The notes under the pieces are model-generated. The model worked only from the letters and a program-made list of their open reading frames with translations. It was not told the DNA's origin and made no database searches. A stretch of 62,750 nucleotides of DNA, counting the filler, from Asterionella formosa (Eukaryota): the NCBI GenBank assembly GCA_002256025.1. It is 15 parts of 15 records of this genome, joined end to end, with 100 filler letters (N's around TTAATTAATTAA, not from the genome) between each part and the next. Parts side by side here need not be neighbours in the genome. Positions count along the whole stretch, not along the records: positions 12,594 to 16,688 come from NKIB01013715.1; positions 16,789 to 20,882 come from NKIB01013716.1; positions 20,983 to 25,074 come from NKIB01013717.1; 12 more parts are not named here. One strand, written 5' to 3'. A program made the translations under genes and the position numbers. Of the stretch, positions 12,594 through 25,174 are shown piece by piece; within the stretch, counting starts at the first letter, position 1; each line of letters starts with the position of its first letter.

Positions 12594-15002
12594 TATCTTT
12601 GACTCTGCTCCATGCAATATAGAGACTCACACAAGAAACAACAACAACAAAGGCACAGCAAATCAGCCAAAGAAATGGCTCACTTGGTGGTATTCGGTTC
12701 AGCTCAAAAATTAAAAGAAGACTGGTGGCTGTGACGATCGTAGCGTGGCCCGACGGATAAGACATTTGTGCATCCTGTAATTCTCGAGGATCAGTTTCTT
12801 CACATTTCTTGGTATCTAAATTATAACGCGACCTTTCATATGCGTGAGGCCTGGGTCGACCAAAGTATAACTTGAGTACATTTATGACAATCACAATCAC
12901 ACCCAGTACATGAAAATAAATACGAATGCCCACATGCTCATCGCCATTGGGTCCGTAGTTTGTTCCATGCCAGAGTAAGAATGCTGCAACAATCAAGACA
13001 AAAAAAAGCAACTTCCAGTTTGGAACTCTCTCTTTTTTGATGTGTTTGTGGTCAAAACTCTCAAATAATTTCTCCTCTCCCTCTGATATATCAATTGGAA
13101 TTTCCTTGCATCCGATGCATAGTCGACAAAGCAAATTCATCATCTCTGAAAAAACCAACATCAAAACAAAGAATAAAAAGCTTGCAACAGCATCAATGGC
13201 AGAATCCGAGCACAACCAAAAAGGGATGAAAGGCTTGTTGACGATAGTCTGTAATATATATTCTGAAGAGAAAAAACGACAACAACATTCGGCTGTTACC
13301 GTGGTTGCCGCAAAGGCACAAATGGCACAAACTGTCCCTATCAATCCAATGATTTTTGCATTTGTATCCATCTTGACAAAAGGGGGACTAGTGACATAAT
13401 CTCCTTCCAGATCATCGTCCTCGGATTCTTTGCTTTTATTAACGCGGGCCCGAATTTTGCAACTGACTGAGTTTGACCCAACTGCAATGACAATCATTTT
13501 GCCACTTCCTTGAATTGTCGATTTTCCACTCAAAACTACATCTCCAGGATGTTTAGCAATGAGCTTACTCTCCCCCGTCAAGGTACTTTCATCCACTTTC
13601 AAACCTGCCATGAACAAAAAGCTTGCAACAGCATCAATGGCAGAATCCGAGCACAACCAAAAAGGGATGAAAGGCTTGTTGACGATAGTCTGTACTATAT
13701 ATACCGAGATGACGAAGCGACGACAACATTCAGCTGTTATCGTGGTTGCCGCAAAGGCACAAATGGCACAAACCGTCCCGATCAATCCAATGATTTTTGC
13801 AATTGTATCCATCTTGACAAAAGGGGGACTATTGACATAATCTCCTTCCAGATTATCGTCCTCGGATTCTTTGCTTTTATTAACGTGGGCCCGAATTTTG
13901 CAACTGTGTTGGCAATAGGACACTTCGGAAGTTTGAATGCCCGTCTTGGGTGATGACTTGAGAACACGAGAGGCCAAGGCCGTAGCCGGAAGTTCCGCCG
14001 TCTTGTCGTTGGATTCGTCCTCCCGCAGCTGGACGCATAGCTGCAAGACATTCTGAATCATGGTTTGTTCTTTGGTTGGCGCTTCTTCGTCGACTGCAAG
14101 AGCGTGCGTCCCAGTCTGAGCTCCTTCCATGAGGTCACATAGGGCAGTGGGAGTCCGCTCATTGGCCCAGACGGACAGGGGCTGGGGACCTTTCAGAGAA
14201 AAGGCTAGCTTCCCCGTGCAAGTCCCCCAGTCGCCCAGACTGCTGCTGATACTTGCATCGACTTGCGCGGCAAAGCACCCTTGGCGGGGTGTCACATGCG
14301 AGTTGTTCCGATCGAATGCAAAGTCCACGGGAGGTTGCTCGAACGTTGGGCCGTTTGCAGAGGCGATGGTCATTGTGTAAGAGCGCTCGACGTGTTGGCG
14401 ATAGGACACTTCGGAGGTTTGAATGCCCGTCTCGGGTGATGACTTGAGAACAAGAGAGGCCAAGGCCTTAGCCGGAACTTCCGCAGTCTTGTCGTTGGAT
14501 TCGTCCTCCCGCAGCTGGACGCACAGTTGGACGCACAGCTGGACGCATAGCTGCAAGACATTCTGAATCATGGTTTGTTCTTTGGTGGGCGCTTCTTCGT
14601 CGACTGCAAGAACGTGCGTCCCAGTCAGAACTTTTGTGTTTCCACGCGCTCCGCCCCTTTCTTTCTTGACTTGGTCGTACACCTGCACCTGGACAGTGAC
14701 AATCAAGGGTTTGCCAAGCTGAATATCGATGACGAATACAGACTTCCAATTGGGGCTGAGAGTACTTGCGATACTGAAACAAAGACGGCAAAGGCAGAGA
14801 GTGAACCGAGTTACACGGAGATGCAGAGGGTCAACGAAGGTTTCAATTCATATACTCACGTTTCAGTCGTTCCGATGACATCGGGCTTCGTTCCTGCCTG
14901 TGTAGTTGATACATCACGAGTCACTACAGCATAGGGATCTGAAGTGCCGCAACTGGTTGGATTCTTAAGATTGAAAGCGTGAACTGACAGCTCGATTTTC
15001 AT
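12594..15002 (-). CDS. Mosaic gene: C2 domain + duplicated segments + P-type Ca2+-ATPase fragments + PAP2 phosphatase (exons 15002-14860, 14773-<12594)
   Basis: A GTGAGT..TTTCAG intron at 14774-14859 joins C2 motifs (LKN..SDPYAVV..IGTTET/IASTLSPNW) in frame to the 722-aa ORF. Actuator motif VDESTLTGES..GSGKMIVIAVG. PAP2 motifs KLYFGRPRP, PSGH and SRV. 3' end lost at the scaffold edge. Confidence 0.8.
13172..13906. repeat. Direct duplication B (~13172-13465 and ~13613-13906)
   Basis: Near-identical ~290-bp copies encoding SCKIRA..SPPFVKMD..IGLIGTVCAICAF..VASFLF. Confidence 0.9.
13907..14626. repeat. Direct duplication A (~13907-14116 and ~14392-14626)
   Basis: Near-identical copies encoding GTHxLAVDEEAPTKEQ..GIQTSEVSY. 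One copy has a 12-nt unit (LCVQ) three times. Confidence 0.9.
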
Positions 15003-17268
15003 GTTTTTGATTCTTCCCTGTTTCGTTCTGGACTTTTTATGCGTCTGCTTGGAAATCATGTGCGTAAAGTGATTGCATGATGTCGCAGATTCACAACATA
15101 ACAAGTCCACCAGGTACCGGTAGGTCGCAGTTTTCCCGTGGGTGATGCTTTCTGCAACCAGTGCCAGTGCGGCAGTACCAGGTACTTGGAGTACCGGTAC
15201 CAGGTACCTGGTACTCGGGTTCAACAAAGCGTTCGGTGAATACCGGAATGTCGAGATCTACAGGACATCCCGTTAAGAACTGGAAGGAAAATGTATCATT
15301 AAGCAAAGTGGTACATAAAATATATTCATATATGGATGGTAAACCACTGCAGTACCAAAAGGGCTAGGTGAGAGGGCGGACGGATGAGAACAGTACATAT
15401 GGAACAGGCAATGAATGATCCATTGCAGCTACATACATAAAGAGCAGCACAAGTCCAAATACAGTTACGTAGAGTTTACTCACTCTCAGTAGTTATGCCT
15501 TCTGCAATGTACGGCGCGACCAGGCATCCAGATGCGTCGACGTGTAAAAATAAACGAACGACATGGCTGCATAATGCATCCATGCTAATACCGGGACCTG
15601 GTACCAGCACGAGGTATCTGGTACCAGGTAATCATCAGTCAAACTCATGTCGTAGGGTTAAGGGAACAAGGAAAGATTCTGTAACACAAGCCGTGTCACA
15701 TCCGAATCTTTCCTTCTTTGGTAAGTGTACTGGTACCGGTACGTGTTCTACCGGCAGCCGCTGTTTTCATATGCATGTGTAAAGCTTGCATATTGCTACT
15801 GGTCGCTGCAAGTTACGGTAAATGAGTAACCCTAACTACTCCTACCTCCAAGTTGCAATCATTTTGCTGAAACTGAAATGCAGGAATGGCGGGAACTCAA
15901 AATAGACTCCTACAGTAAGACTACTTTGACATTTACAAATTCCTAATGGTTTCGCTGGCCCATTAATTTCAATTTTATCAAAATCAAATTTCAAAGAATG
16001 ATTTTGTGAAAAAACCAGTTTCCCAAACCTTTCTACCATTGGGGGAATGAGTTTCACCCTAAAATAGTTCCTGCCAAAGCGAATTCCAGCATAATAATAT
16101 TCAAAGCAATCATACTACAAATAAAAGAAGGTAACCAATATCTACAATGTCCAAATCGTCATTTCGGCAAATTCACTGCAACTTGCAGGTACCAGGTACA
16201 CCATAACCCTGGTAGACTTTACATATGGTGCAAAGTACTGCAATGATAGACGTCCTTACATTTATAGATATTGGATATTTACCTACTAGCTAGTACCTGA
16301 ACATTTACTACTGATACACTAGAGGGAAACATTTGCAGAGTGAGTTGATGAGAAAAACAAAAGTTGCGAAGCCATGATTTCGGTCTGCTGTGCTCGTCCT
16401 TGCCATGTTCCCCAATTGCCAACCCAGCCCTCATCAAATTGATTGTCTGTGATCAGTGAACAACAACTGCAGAGTGAGTTCATGAACAAACAATCATTAC
16501 AAAGGCATCATTTTCGTAACAAGAGCCATGAGAAACATGTTGGCATACTCCTAATTTACATATGTGTTTTGCCGTTGTTGAGCAAAATTATGTCTACAAT
16601 CAGCAACATAGAAAAAGTATAAACATTTAAATATCATTTTTGTTCTTTTTAAATGGAACTCTATCAATCTGGCCCCGATTCCTATTTANNNNNNNNNNNN
16701 NNNNNNNNNNNNNNNNNNNNNNNNNNNNNNNNTTAATTAATTAANNNNNNNNNNNNNNNNNNNNNNNNNNNNNNNNNNNNNNNNNNNNAGTGTATACCTA
16801 AAAGGATTTTTTCACCATCAGATATCTGAAGGCTTTTGCAGTCACACTATTAGACTTACTCCTACAACAACTGCCAGTGAATTGGCGACTTTTCGTTTGT
16901 CATGTGATTGTGAAATCAAAAAGTGAAGAATGCATCTAAATAGTACAGATAGGAGCTTGATGACTTAATTGAATTGTACAGAAGTATAAGTATTACTGCG
17001 CATTATTAAGTTTTTGAAGGTAGTGAATACATAATGGTGCATGCGTTTTTCCTGTTTTGGCATCCACAGCAAATTCATGATAGGAAAACGTATGAAATAG
17101 CAAAGTTTTGCGCCACAGGAAAGGATTTAAATTTAATCCTGACCCACTTAATGCAGAATGTGAAGTTGGTAAAAATTTGTACAAGTGTACCCAGCAATTG
17201 GATTGGCCATTCCTTTTTCCCTGACCTCTTCGTATCTCTCGTGTGATAGCAAACACGTCAACAAGAGC

Positions 17269-19651
17269 CTATTCAAGACGTCTCACGCTTCTTCTCATTG
17301 AGACAGATGAGTTTGCTCCAGCATGATCCTTTCCATACTCGAGACTCTCGTCTGACGAGGAATCAGACTTATCATAAAATGACGTTACAGAAACAGCAGC
17401 AGACCTAGCTGTGTCCGGAGCAACCGTGATCGCAGCTGGAATAGAACCACCCAAGTGTGGCATCTGCAATGAATCTAGTAACGCATCGGCTTCGTTTGCG
17501 GCTGCTTGGGCCGCTGCGGCAATACCATCACAAATGAAGTCAGAATCCATCTGATCATTGTATGACCTCGCAACAATAAGGTCCTGGAGCTGGTCCACGA
17601 CAGTGCCTGTGTCAAATTGAATCTCTGCTGACATAAGCTTGTTGGATGCAGGGCTAAAGTTTGCCCGCATGTTTCCCTTCAAGGATAACTCGTATGGTGC
17701 ACCCTGAAAGAATATGAAAAATGGGTTGTCAGAAAAAAGAGACTCCTGAGCACAATGCACAAAATCAGCAACAAAACGTACATTGACGACAGCACCAATG
17801 GAGGTGGCAGACCAAACAAGGAAACCAGCACAATCATCCATAAAGAAGTTTTTGCGATCGCAGTGATACATCAGGGTCACAGGAGTCATGGAAGTACCAG
17901 TATTGTTGTCATTGCCAAGAGTTTGAAGGAAGGTGGACATGCTTCTTGCATCTTCCATAACTTCCGCTGTACCTCTAAGCATCTGCTCAACTGCATTCGA
18001 GGTTGCTCTTGCACTGTTGCTCTTCGATTCAGACATTTCCCTAAATGTAGTGAAAGGTAAGGACAACGAAAAACCTTCTTCCAAAATTGCAATCCATCGA
18101 GCCACATTTAGCTCATTTCGGCCACGCAACTTAAGGAATTCCTCCATGACTCGGAAGCGAACCTCCCGTTGCTCCAGTTCACGTTGCGCAGAGATTTTCT
18201 TCTCGGCTTCTGCAGAATCGCGCTGAGAAACCAGTTCGGTCAAAGTACGTTTGAGTTCTTCCACATACGCCTTCTTTCTCAGGCGAGTATTTCTTGCGTG
18301 CTCCCTATTACGATCGCGGTTCTGTCTGGCACGTTCGTCAGGATTGAGATTTTGGCGCCTTGCTCGATTTGCTTTAGCATCAGCAGAAAGATCAAGATCC
18401 GCATCTGAACCAGAGCACGCAGTGACCCAATTCGTGCTAGTCAAGGCCTTGATGTGAGCAGTGCTCAAGTCAACTCCCTTTTTGGACAAATCCAAGCGGA
18501 GAAGCCCTTCGCAGTTGGGGTTAACTCCTGCATTGAGGATTAAGCTGGATACAGCAGCCTGAGCAATGGATGTAAAATCTGCCTCTGTTGCCACAGACGA
18601 CGACGAAACACGATAAGGTGCTTCATTGACGGTGGCAGCTGCTGCGACAGCGGCTACTACTGTATCGGAATGAACGGAGTCACCCTTGTTGGCAGAGGTA
18701 ATCACACAGGTGGCGAGCTCAGGGGTACATAAATGAATTCCAGAACCCAAAGTCCGAGGACTTGGCTTTTGAGGCACAAATGGAGCAGTGGCAACAGTAG
18801 ACGAAAGTGGATTGGGCGTGTTTGCCTTACTGTTGCGATTAGACGAAATTGCTTGCTGTTCCTTTCTCACTTTTACAGAAGTCTGTCCAGACAATGGAAG
18901 AGGTCCTACCTTGACGGCACCACAGATGGCATTTGACGGCTTACAAGTGACAGCAGTTGCATTCGGTCCAGGCGAGCTTGGCTTGCCAGTATTTGCCCGC
19001 TTCATTGCGGCAGGTCCAGGCTTGATGCATTCTCCAACACTTCTTTTGCGTCCCACTTCCTGTTTTGGAGCTTGAGAGGCCTTGGGTGCTGAGGTCACCG
19101 CAACACTTGATTCCACCACTGCGGGAATTGAAGTAAGAAGTGATGAAAAATCGTTGAAAGAAGTAGAAGGTCGGAAAGCACCTAGTCCATCGTCCATCAC
19201 TGCAGCAATCATCGCAGTCTGGTCGCAAGCATCAGGGTTGGTCTTGTTGAACATGTGTTCCGAAGCACCGACAGAAAGGAGAAGGGTATGAATCTCTGAA
19301 AAAGACAAAGGGAGGTCATTGAGTTGAGAAAAGAACGAATTGCAAAATGTTACCGATGGGTGAACAGGTGCCAGAATTTTACCAAAATGTGGCAAAGAAC
19401 ATCTAAAGAAGCATTAGTTCAACGAACCGATCCAGTAGAAGCGGAACTTGAGCTTCCAAATGTAAACGATGGGAAGAATGAACAAACTTACCACCAGAGT
19501 CGTCCCCGTTGCCAACAACAACAGCATCAGAATTGTACATATCCATGAGTTCATCTCCAAAGAGGTCTCCCCCAAAGAGGTCGGGGGCATTACCGGTATG
19601 AAGCATAGAAAGACCACTGGACTCCATATGAGACCAGTCAGTTGCAGACAT
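17269..19651 (-). CDS. bZIP transcription factor (predicted exons 19651-19492, 19295-17782, 17703-17269)
   Basis: Basic region and zipper RDRNREHARNTRLRKKAYVEELKRTL. Phase-1 intron GTAAGT(19491)..TTTCAG(19296) restores the frame. Second intron GTACGT..TTTCAG at 17781-17704. Confidence 0.9.
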
Positions 19652-21558
19652 AGTAAAGCTTTGAGATGTTGAAGAATTTGAAAGGAAAAAGAATTGCGAT
19701 AGATACGAATATCAATCGGTTATGATTGTTGCTTTGGTGAGCTTCACAATAAAATGGAATGACGTTAAAGTAGAGTAAACCTGAGAGAGCGAAAGTCGTT
19801 TGGTGTGGTACAGCGAGCGCAGGTTGCACAAAAAAGTGATTCAGTGAATGATAGAGATTAGTGGAGTCTAAAGTCGGGAAAGAGAGAATGGGTACGTTGA
19901 GAGAATGTCGAATCTTAACAATAGTGATGTAGCTGATGAGCTAGTCGGAAAGGGAGAAGCCGATCTTTAGGGGGCGTTTTGACGCGCTTAATTTCAGCCA
20001 ATGTCCGGGGAAAAGTGGTTTTCAAATCTTTGGAAACGAAAAACTCTTGCGCAGGCGAAAAGGCAGGCAAGAACAAAATCCGATCACCCATCAAGACAAC
20101 AAAAGATATTGGAGAACATGAACGACGCAAGTGAACAAAGATTGCACAGCATCCAAGTCAACAAGCCCTCTGGGGACGGCTGCTCGGGGAACGGTTACCA
20201 TTTTTGACAGTGTTGATTGCATTGTTCCCTGAACCGATTTCATTTGGTTTGATTGCATTGTTCCATTTACCAAACTGCGTAGCTCTCTACGTGAAAAAGA
20301 ATTCCCTGGTACTCGATGCGAAATCACTTACATGTGATGGGTTTGAAAGCTGGGAAGGTTTCAAAACAATCGATTGATAAAGGTATGTGTCGTGTGTAAT
20401 TAGAGCGGTGTGTGAGTGTGATTGATGAGAGAGTGAGACTGAAGCGGCTCTGTCATGCGGAGAACGGCAGATTCGCCGGTCCTTTCCTTGAGTTTTAGCA
20501 ACTATGATCCTTTCTTGAAAACCGGTTGTACTATCTTCATGCATTGTTCTCTACTGTACTTTTTGCGATTGAAAAACGAGCGTTGTACCAACATTCAGCC
20601 CAAAACCTGATGAACACGTACTCGTTTCAGTGGATGGATTCATACAGCCCGGCGAACATTCTTTCTGATGTCATTATTCTTACATTTTACATCTATATGG
20701 GACCAGGTTGCTTACCTGTAGTTTTAATGGCTCAAAACCTTTATTTCAGAAACCATCCTTGTTCTGACATCAATCTATGTAAACCGAACTGGAGGTCTAT
20801 TTTCGGTGTCAATGTTGTTATACATGTTGCTTCCCTGGCTTGAAATGCATACTTACGAGTTTTAATAACCTCTAAATATCATNNNNNNNNNNNNNNNNNN
20901 NNNNNNNNNNNNNNNNNNNNNNNNNNTTAATTAATTAANNNNNNNNNNNNNNNNNNNNNNNNNNNNNNNNNNNNNNNNNNNNTGGACAAATAAGATTGAT
21001 TTATGATGGTGCAGTGGTTGAATTTCCCAAGAGGTTACAACAATATACGACTAATCTGAGTTGAAAATTCAACCAAAAGAAGAGGAAAAATTCAACCGCC
21101 AATGCAACCAGGTTGAAATTCTTGGAGGTCAGTACCTAATTTTACCAGGGAAAAATGTTGTCAATACTGTCAAGGTACCATCATGTCCCGAGTAGGACAA
21201 TACCAGGGGTCTACAGAAAAATACAACTTGGGTTGAATTTTACCAATAACAGTACGGTATGAGATTAGAATTTCTGATTGTTAGACTATTTCAACAGGTA
21301 TACCGGTGTGTCGATAGTCTACTGGTATGCAACTTAAAAACTCATGTTTACACATTTTTACCTTGTTACCAGGTACCAGATACCCTACCCTGGCTGTAGC
21401 TAGCTCAGTAGCAGCAAATAAACATTTACGAAATATAGAGTACTGGTACCAGGAGGTACCGGCACCAGTACCGGTAGGCCTGATTAATGTTCAACAGAAC
21501 AACATGAAGGAAATGGACTAATGGCACGTTCATATATCGTGTAAATTGCCTCACCTCC

Positions 21559-21676
21559 AGGAACGACCATACCATGATGACAATACCGCTTCCCGTCTGC
21601 TCAGCGAAGTCAAGTATCATCGGGCCCGGTTAGTACTACGGTGGGGGACCACGTTGGAATCCCGGGTGTTGTTCTT
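21559..21676 (+). rRNA. 5S: 5S rRNA
   Basis: 118 nt, AGGAACGACCATACC...GAAGTCAAG..CGGGCCCGGTTAGTACT..GGGGACC..GGAATCCCGGGTGTTGTTCTT, followed by an oligo-T Pol III terminator. The 5' and 3' ends pair. Confidence 0.95.
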
Positions 21677-21785
21677 TTTGTACCGGATGTGTACCGGATG
21701 CGATTACATCTCCAGCACCTGGAACCAGGTACCCTATCTTTTGTTTGCCCTTGCAGAGGTCGGCGAAAAAACCAGGGAGCAGGGA

Positions 21786-22930
21786 TGTTGAAATGGTTCG
21801 TACTCCTTCCCGCGGGCCGGGTCTCTCTTCACGTAGACTCTTACGTGCTCGTGGTACTACCTAGTAGTACCACTTACTTTCTCTCTTGTCGCTGCTTCTA
21901 GCCTTCCTGCTAGATAGACTAATTGACCTTCCTATCAATTAACACACTGTTTCCTCGGTTGATAATCTAAACTCAAATTAAATTATAAGCTAAACTAAAT
22001 GTTTCCTTTCCATGCATCTTTGCTTCCCACAAAGTCGTTCTAAGACTCTCTTCGAGTTGTCACTTAACATTTCCATAGAAATGTTCAATCTTTGATTTTG
22101 TTAGACAGCTGATTGACGTGGCAATGCAATATTCGACTCGTTTGATTACAATCGAGTCCACAATCCTTGTGACTCAGGCTAATATTCTTGACATCCTCCC
22201 CATTGCCACGCTCAAGAGGCTGCAACATCGTTCCACTCTGAACTGGTTGGGACAATCTCATGTGAATCTGTTCCTTCACGTTCTTAGTCATAATGTCTGC
22301 AATATCATCTTCCTTGATAACCTTTTTCATATATTCCACTGCACTTGGAGTCCCACATGTAATACCGTCATCCACGTAATTTTCAAGTAGACCATCAATT
22401 TGTCCATCCTTGTTCTGGTGCATAAATAACATAGGGTCGATCTTGCTCTTCGTCATACCTAGTTTATCAGTGACACATTTCGCAAACGTCCTGGACCAGC
22501 ATTGTGGAGCTTGTACTATCCTGTACATATGCTTCACAAGCTTGCAAACATGTGTATCAGAATCGACTCCAATCAAGCCTTGAGGGGGCTCAATATAAAT
22601 GTCCTCATCGACGTCAGCATTTAGGAATGCTGCTTCCACATCAATAGCCTCCGTTCGCCAACTGTTGTACATCGTCACTACTAGTACTGTTTTGATTGTC
22701 GCATCGCTTGCAACTGGAGCAAATGTCTCAGTAAAATCGACACCTGGCCTTGTAAATGGTCTTCCCGGTTAACACATCTTTTTTAATTCGAAACACCCAC
22801 CACGTTTTTAGTGTGGTTCACTTCTTAACAGTTTCACGCTTGACAACTTTCCACACTCCTCTGCTTCGACTGGACGTTTTCATATTCTTTGTTGATCGCC
22901 TTGATCCACTCTTTCTTGTCTGGTCTTGCC
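21786..22930 (-). mobile_element. Internally deleted Ty1/Copia element: RT remnant, PPT (22194-22207) and 3' LTR (21786-22193)
   Basis: ETFAPVA, IDVEAAFLN, VQAPQCW and YVDD are joined directly to the RNase H tail ADIMTK. PPT GGCAATGGGGAGGA is followed by TGTCAAG...TTTCAACA. Confidence 0.9.
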
Positions 22931-23060
22931 ATGTAACAGGACCAGGTACCTGGTGGTATCTGGGAACGAGGTACCCCCTTGGTACCTGGAACGAGGTATA
23001 ATATTAGAATTTCTTTTTGTTAGACTATTTCAACAGGTATACCAGTATGTCGATAGTCTA

Positions 23061-24400
23061 CTGTCTGCAAATAAAAAATATCGTACTTATAAGCAAGATC
23101 AGGGGTATCATACGATAACTGGCACAGAATTTTTCTGTGCATGATACATATTTCGTTATATGTATGATAAATGCATACTATGAAAGTGAACAGGCCAAGC
23201 TTACTCATAATAATCAAACCACCATATAATTATCAAAACATTATCCTATGATGTATATTCTTTTATCGTATACCTATCTTGCCTTATATGATGGTAACTC
23301 TAATCGAAATAGCTAGCTGTTAAAAATGTGGGTTGAAATGGATTGTAATTTTACTGTTATATCACGAAATCATTTTTATGTTTCTACATTTTGTGCAGTT
23401 GCTGAAACAGCCAATGTTCCCCTTTTCTATTGTCTCAATGCTCTTTATGCATGCCTCCCGCCTCTCTTCAATGCTCTTGAGGATGCATGCCTCCCCCAAC
23501 TCCCTTCAATGTTCATAACGATGCATGCCTCCTGCTTCCCTTCAATGCTCTTGAGGATGCATTGCACCCTGCCTTCAAATCTCTTGATGCATGCCTCCCG
23601 CCTCCCTTCCAGCACTCAGTTTCTGAAACTCATCTGAATTCATGCTGCAAATCCCATTTCCTTTTGATCCAATTCTGTTTTATCTATTTTGATTTCCTAA
23701 TCATAACCGCAATGAGAAGGAATTACTCGCTCGTCGTTAGCCATGTTTTGTTTGTATCTCAACACTGCAGTCCCATCTTCTTAGCATGCTCCACTTACTA
23801 GAAATCGATGAACTTTTCGCATAATTTGTCAGTAGAAAAACTTGTCAGTCAATGATCACATAAGTACAAATCAATGAACCGTTCCATCAATGTCATTTAT
23901 AACTTATAACAAAAGTCTTTGATTTAAATTATCCTGAAAGATTGAAAAACAAACATGTGTCAGTGATGTTCTAACAGTGGCTCACTGATCCAACAAGAGC
24001 ATTTACAAGTTTTTGGTCGATATTGGTGGTATCCCGATGAATGCGAAATGTGCTTTTGAATCATCTGTGAATAGATTTTCCATTAGATCTAACGTTTTAC
24101 TAAGCATACGTTAAAAGCTGATTGATTATTCAAATATTTTGACATGTTCATGATAATTTTGATATATCAACGGCCATGTCTGTATGATCAATCAAATTTG
24201 TACGTTAGGTACTAGCATATGCACGTTAGGTTATGCATATATAAGAACTTGTATATATTAGTTGCTTACCAAATCTAATCGGTTACCCCAAATTGTTGAT
24301 ATATTGATCAAATGTTTTGTTATGTTGATAATAATTTTGATATATCAATGACCGTGTTGCTGGTGTGGTCAATCAAATTTGTTTGTCATATTATTTTCTT
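23061..24400. mobile_element. Remnant of the TIR-family DNA element
   Basis: Begins (CT)GTCTGCAAATAAAAAATATCG..GATCAGGGGTATC, matching the reverse complement of 42350-42420. 24062-24392 matches the reverse complement of 31282-31604. Confidence 0.6.
23435..23612. repeat. Degenerate minisatellite of roughly 35-bp units
   Basis: About five units of (GA)TGCATGCCTCC..CTTCAATGCTCTTGAG. The minus strand reads EACILKSIEERR-like coiled-coil repeats. Confidence 0.8.
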
Positions 24401-24823
24401 ACACACATCAGGTTACGCATAGGTAGAAGTCATATATATATATATTAGTGATCAAAACTAATATGCTAACCAAATGCTTTATTGATACATTGTTTGATTG
24501 ATCAATAGCTGTTGCTCTTTGATCAATCATTGTTTTAGCAAAGGTTATGACTTTACACAGATCTCCTTGCATGTACGTAAACCTTGTACCCAATGATGCT
24601 ATCTGAATGAATTCTGTGCAACAATGGTGCGTTCCTTGTTGCCATTCCGAATTGAATGTTCTACTGGTACATGCTTTGATCCAATTATTGTACCAGTAGT
24701 ATTCGACCTTATCTCTCCATTTATGTTCAACAAATACTCCTACTTCTAGTTAGATGGAAAAAATAGGGTACCAGGTTCCAGGTACTGGAGGTGCAATCGC
24801 ATCCGGTACACATCCGGTACAAA

Positions 24824-24941
24824 AAGAACAACACCCGGGATTCCAACGTGGTCCCCCACCGTAGTACTAATCGGGCCCGATGATGCTTGACTTCGCTGAG
24901 CAGACGGGAAGCGGTATTGTCATCATGGTATGGTCGTTCCT
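24824..24941 (-). rRNA. 5S: 5S rRNA, second copy, convergent with the first
   Basis: Reverse complement of 21559-21676 with 2 substitutions. Flanks are also duplicated (21426-21740 vs 24760-25074). Confidence 0.95.
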
Positions 24942-25174
24942 GGAGGTGAGGCAATTTACACGATATTTGAACGTGCCATTAGTCCATTTCCTTCATGTTG
25001 TTCTGTTGAACATTAATCAGGCCTACCGGTACTGGTACCGGTACCTCCTGGTACCAGTACTCTACATTTCGTAANNNNNNNNNNNNNNNNNNNNNNNNNN
25101 NNNNNNNNNNNNNNNNNNTTAATTAATTAANNNNNNNNNNNNNNNNNNNNNNNNNNNNNNNNNNNNNNNNNNNN

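Noticed and set aside
21546..21791. Duplicated small protein MPHLQERPYH.. (also 24727-24954)
   Set aside because: Spurious translation across the 5S rRNA genes.
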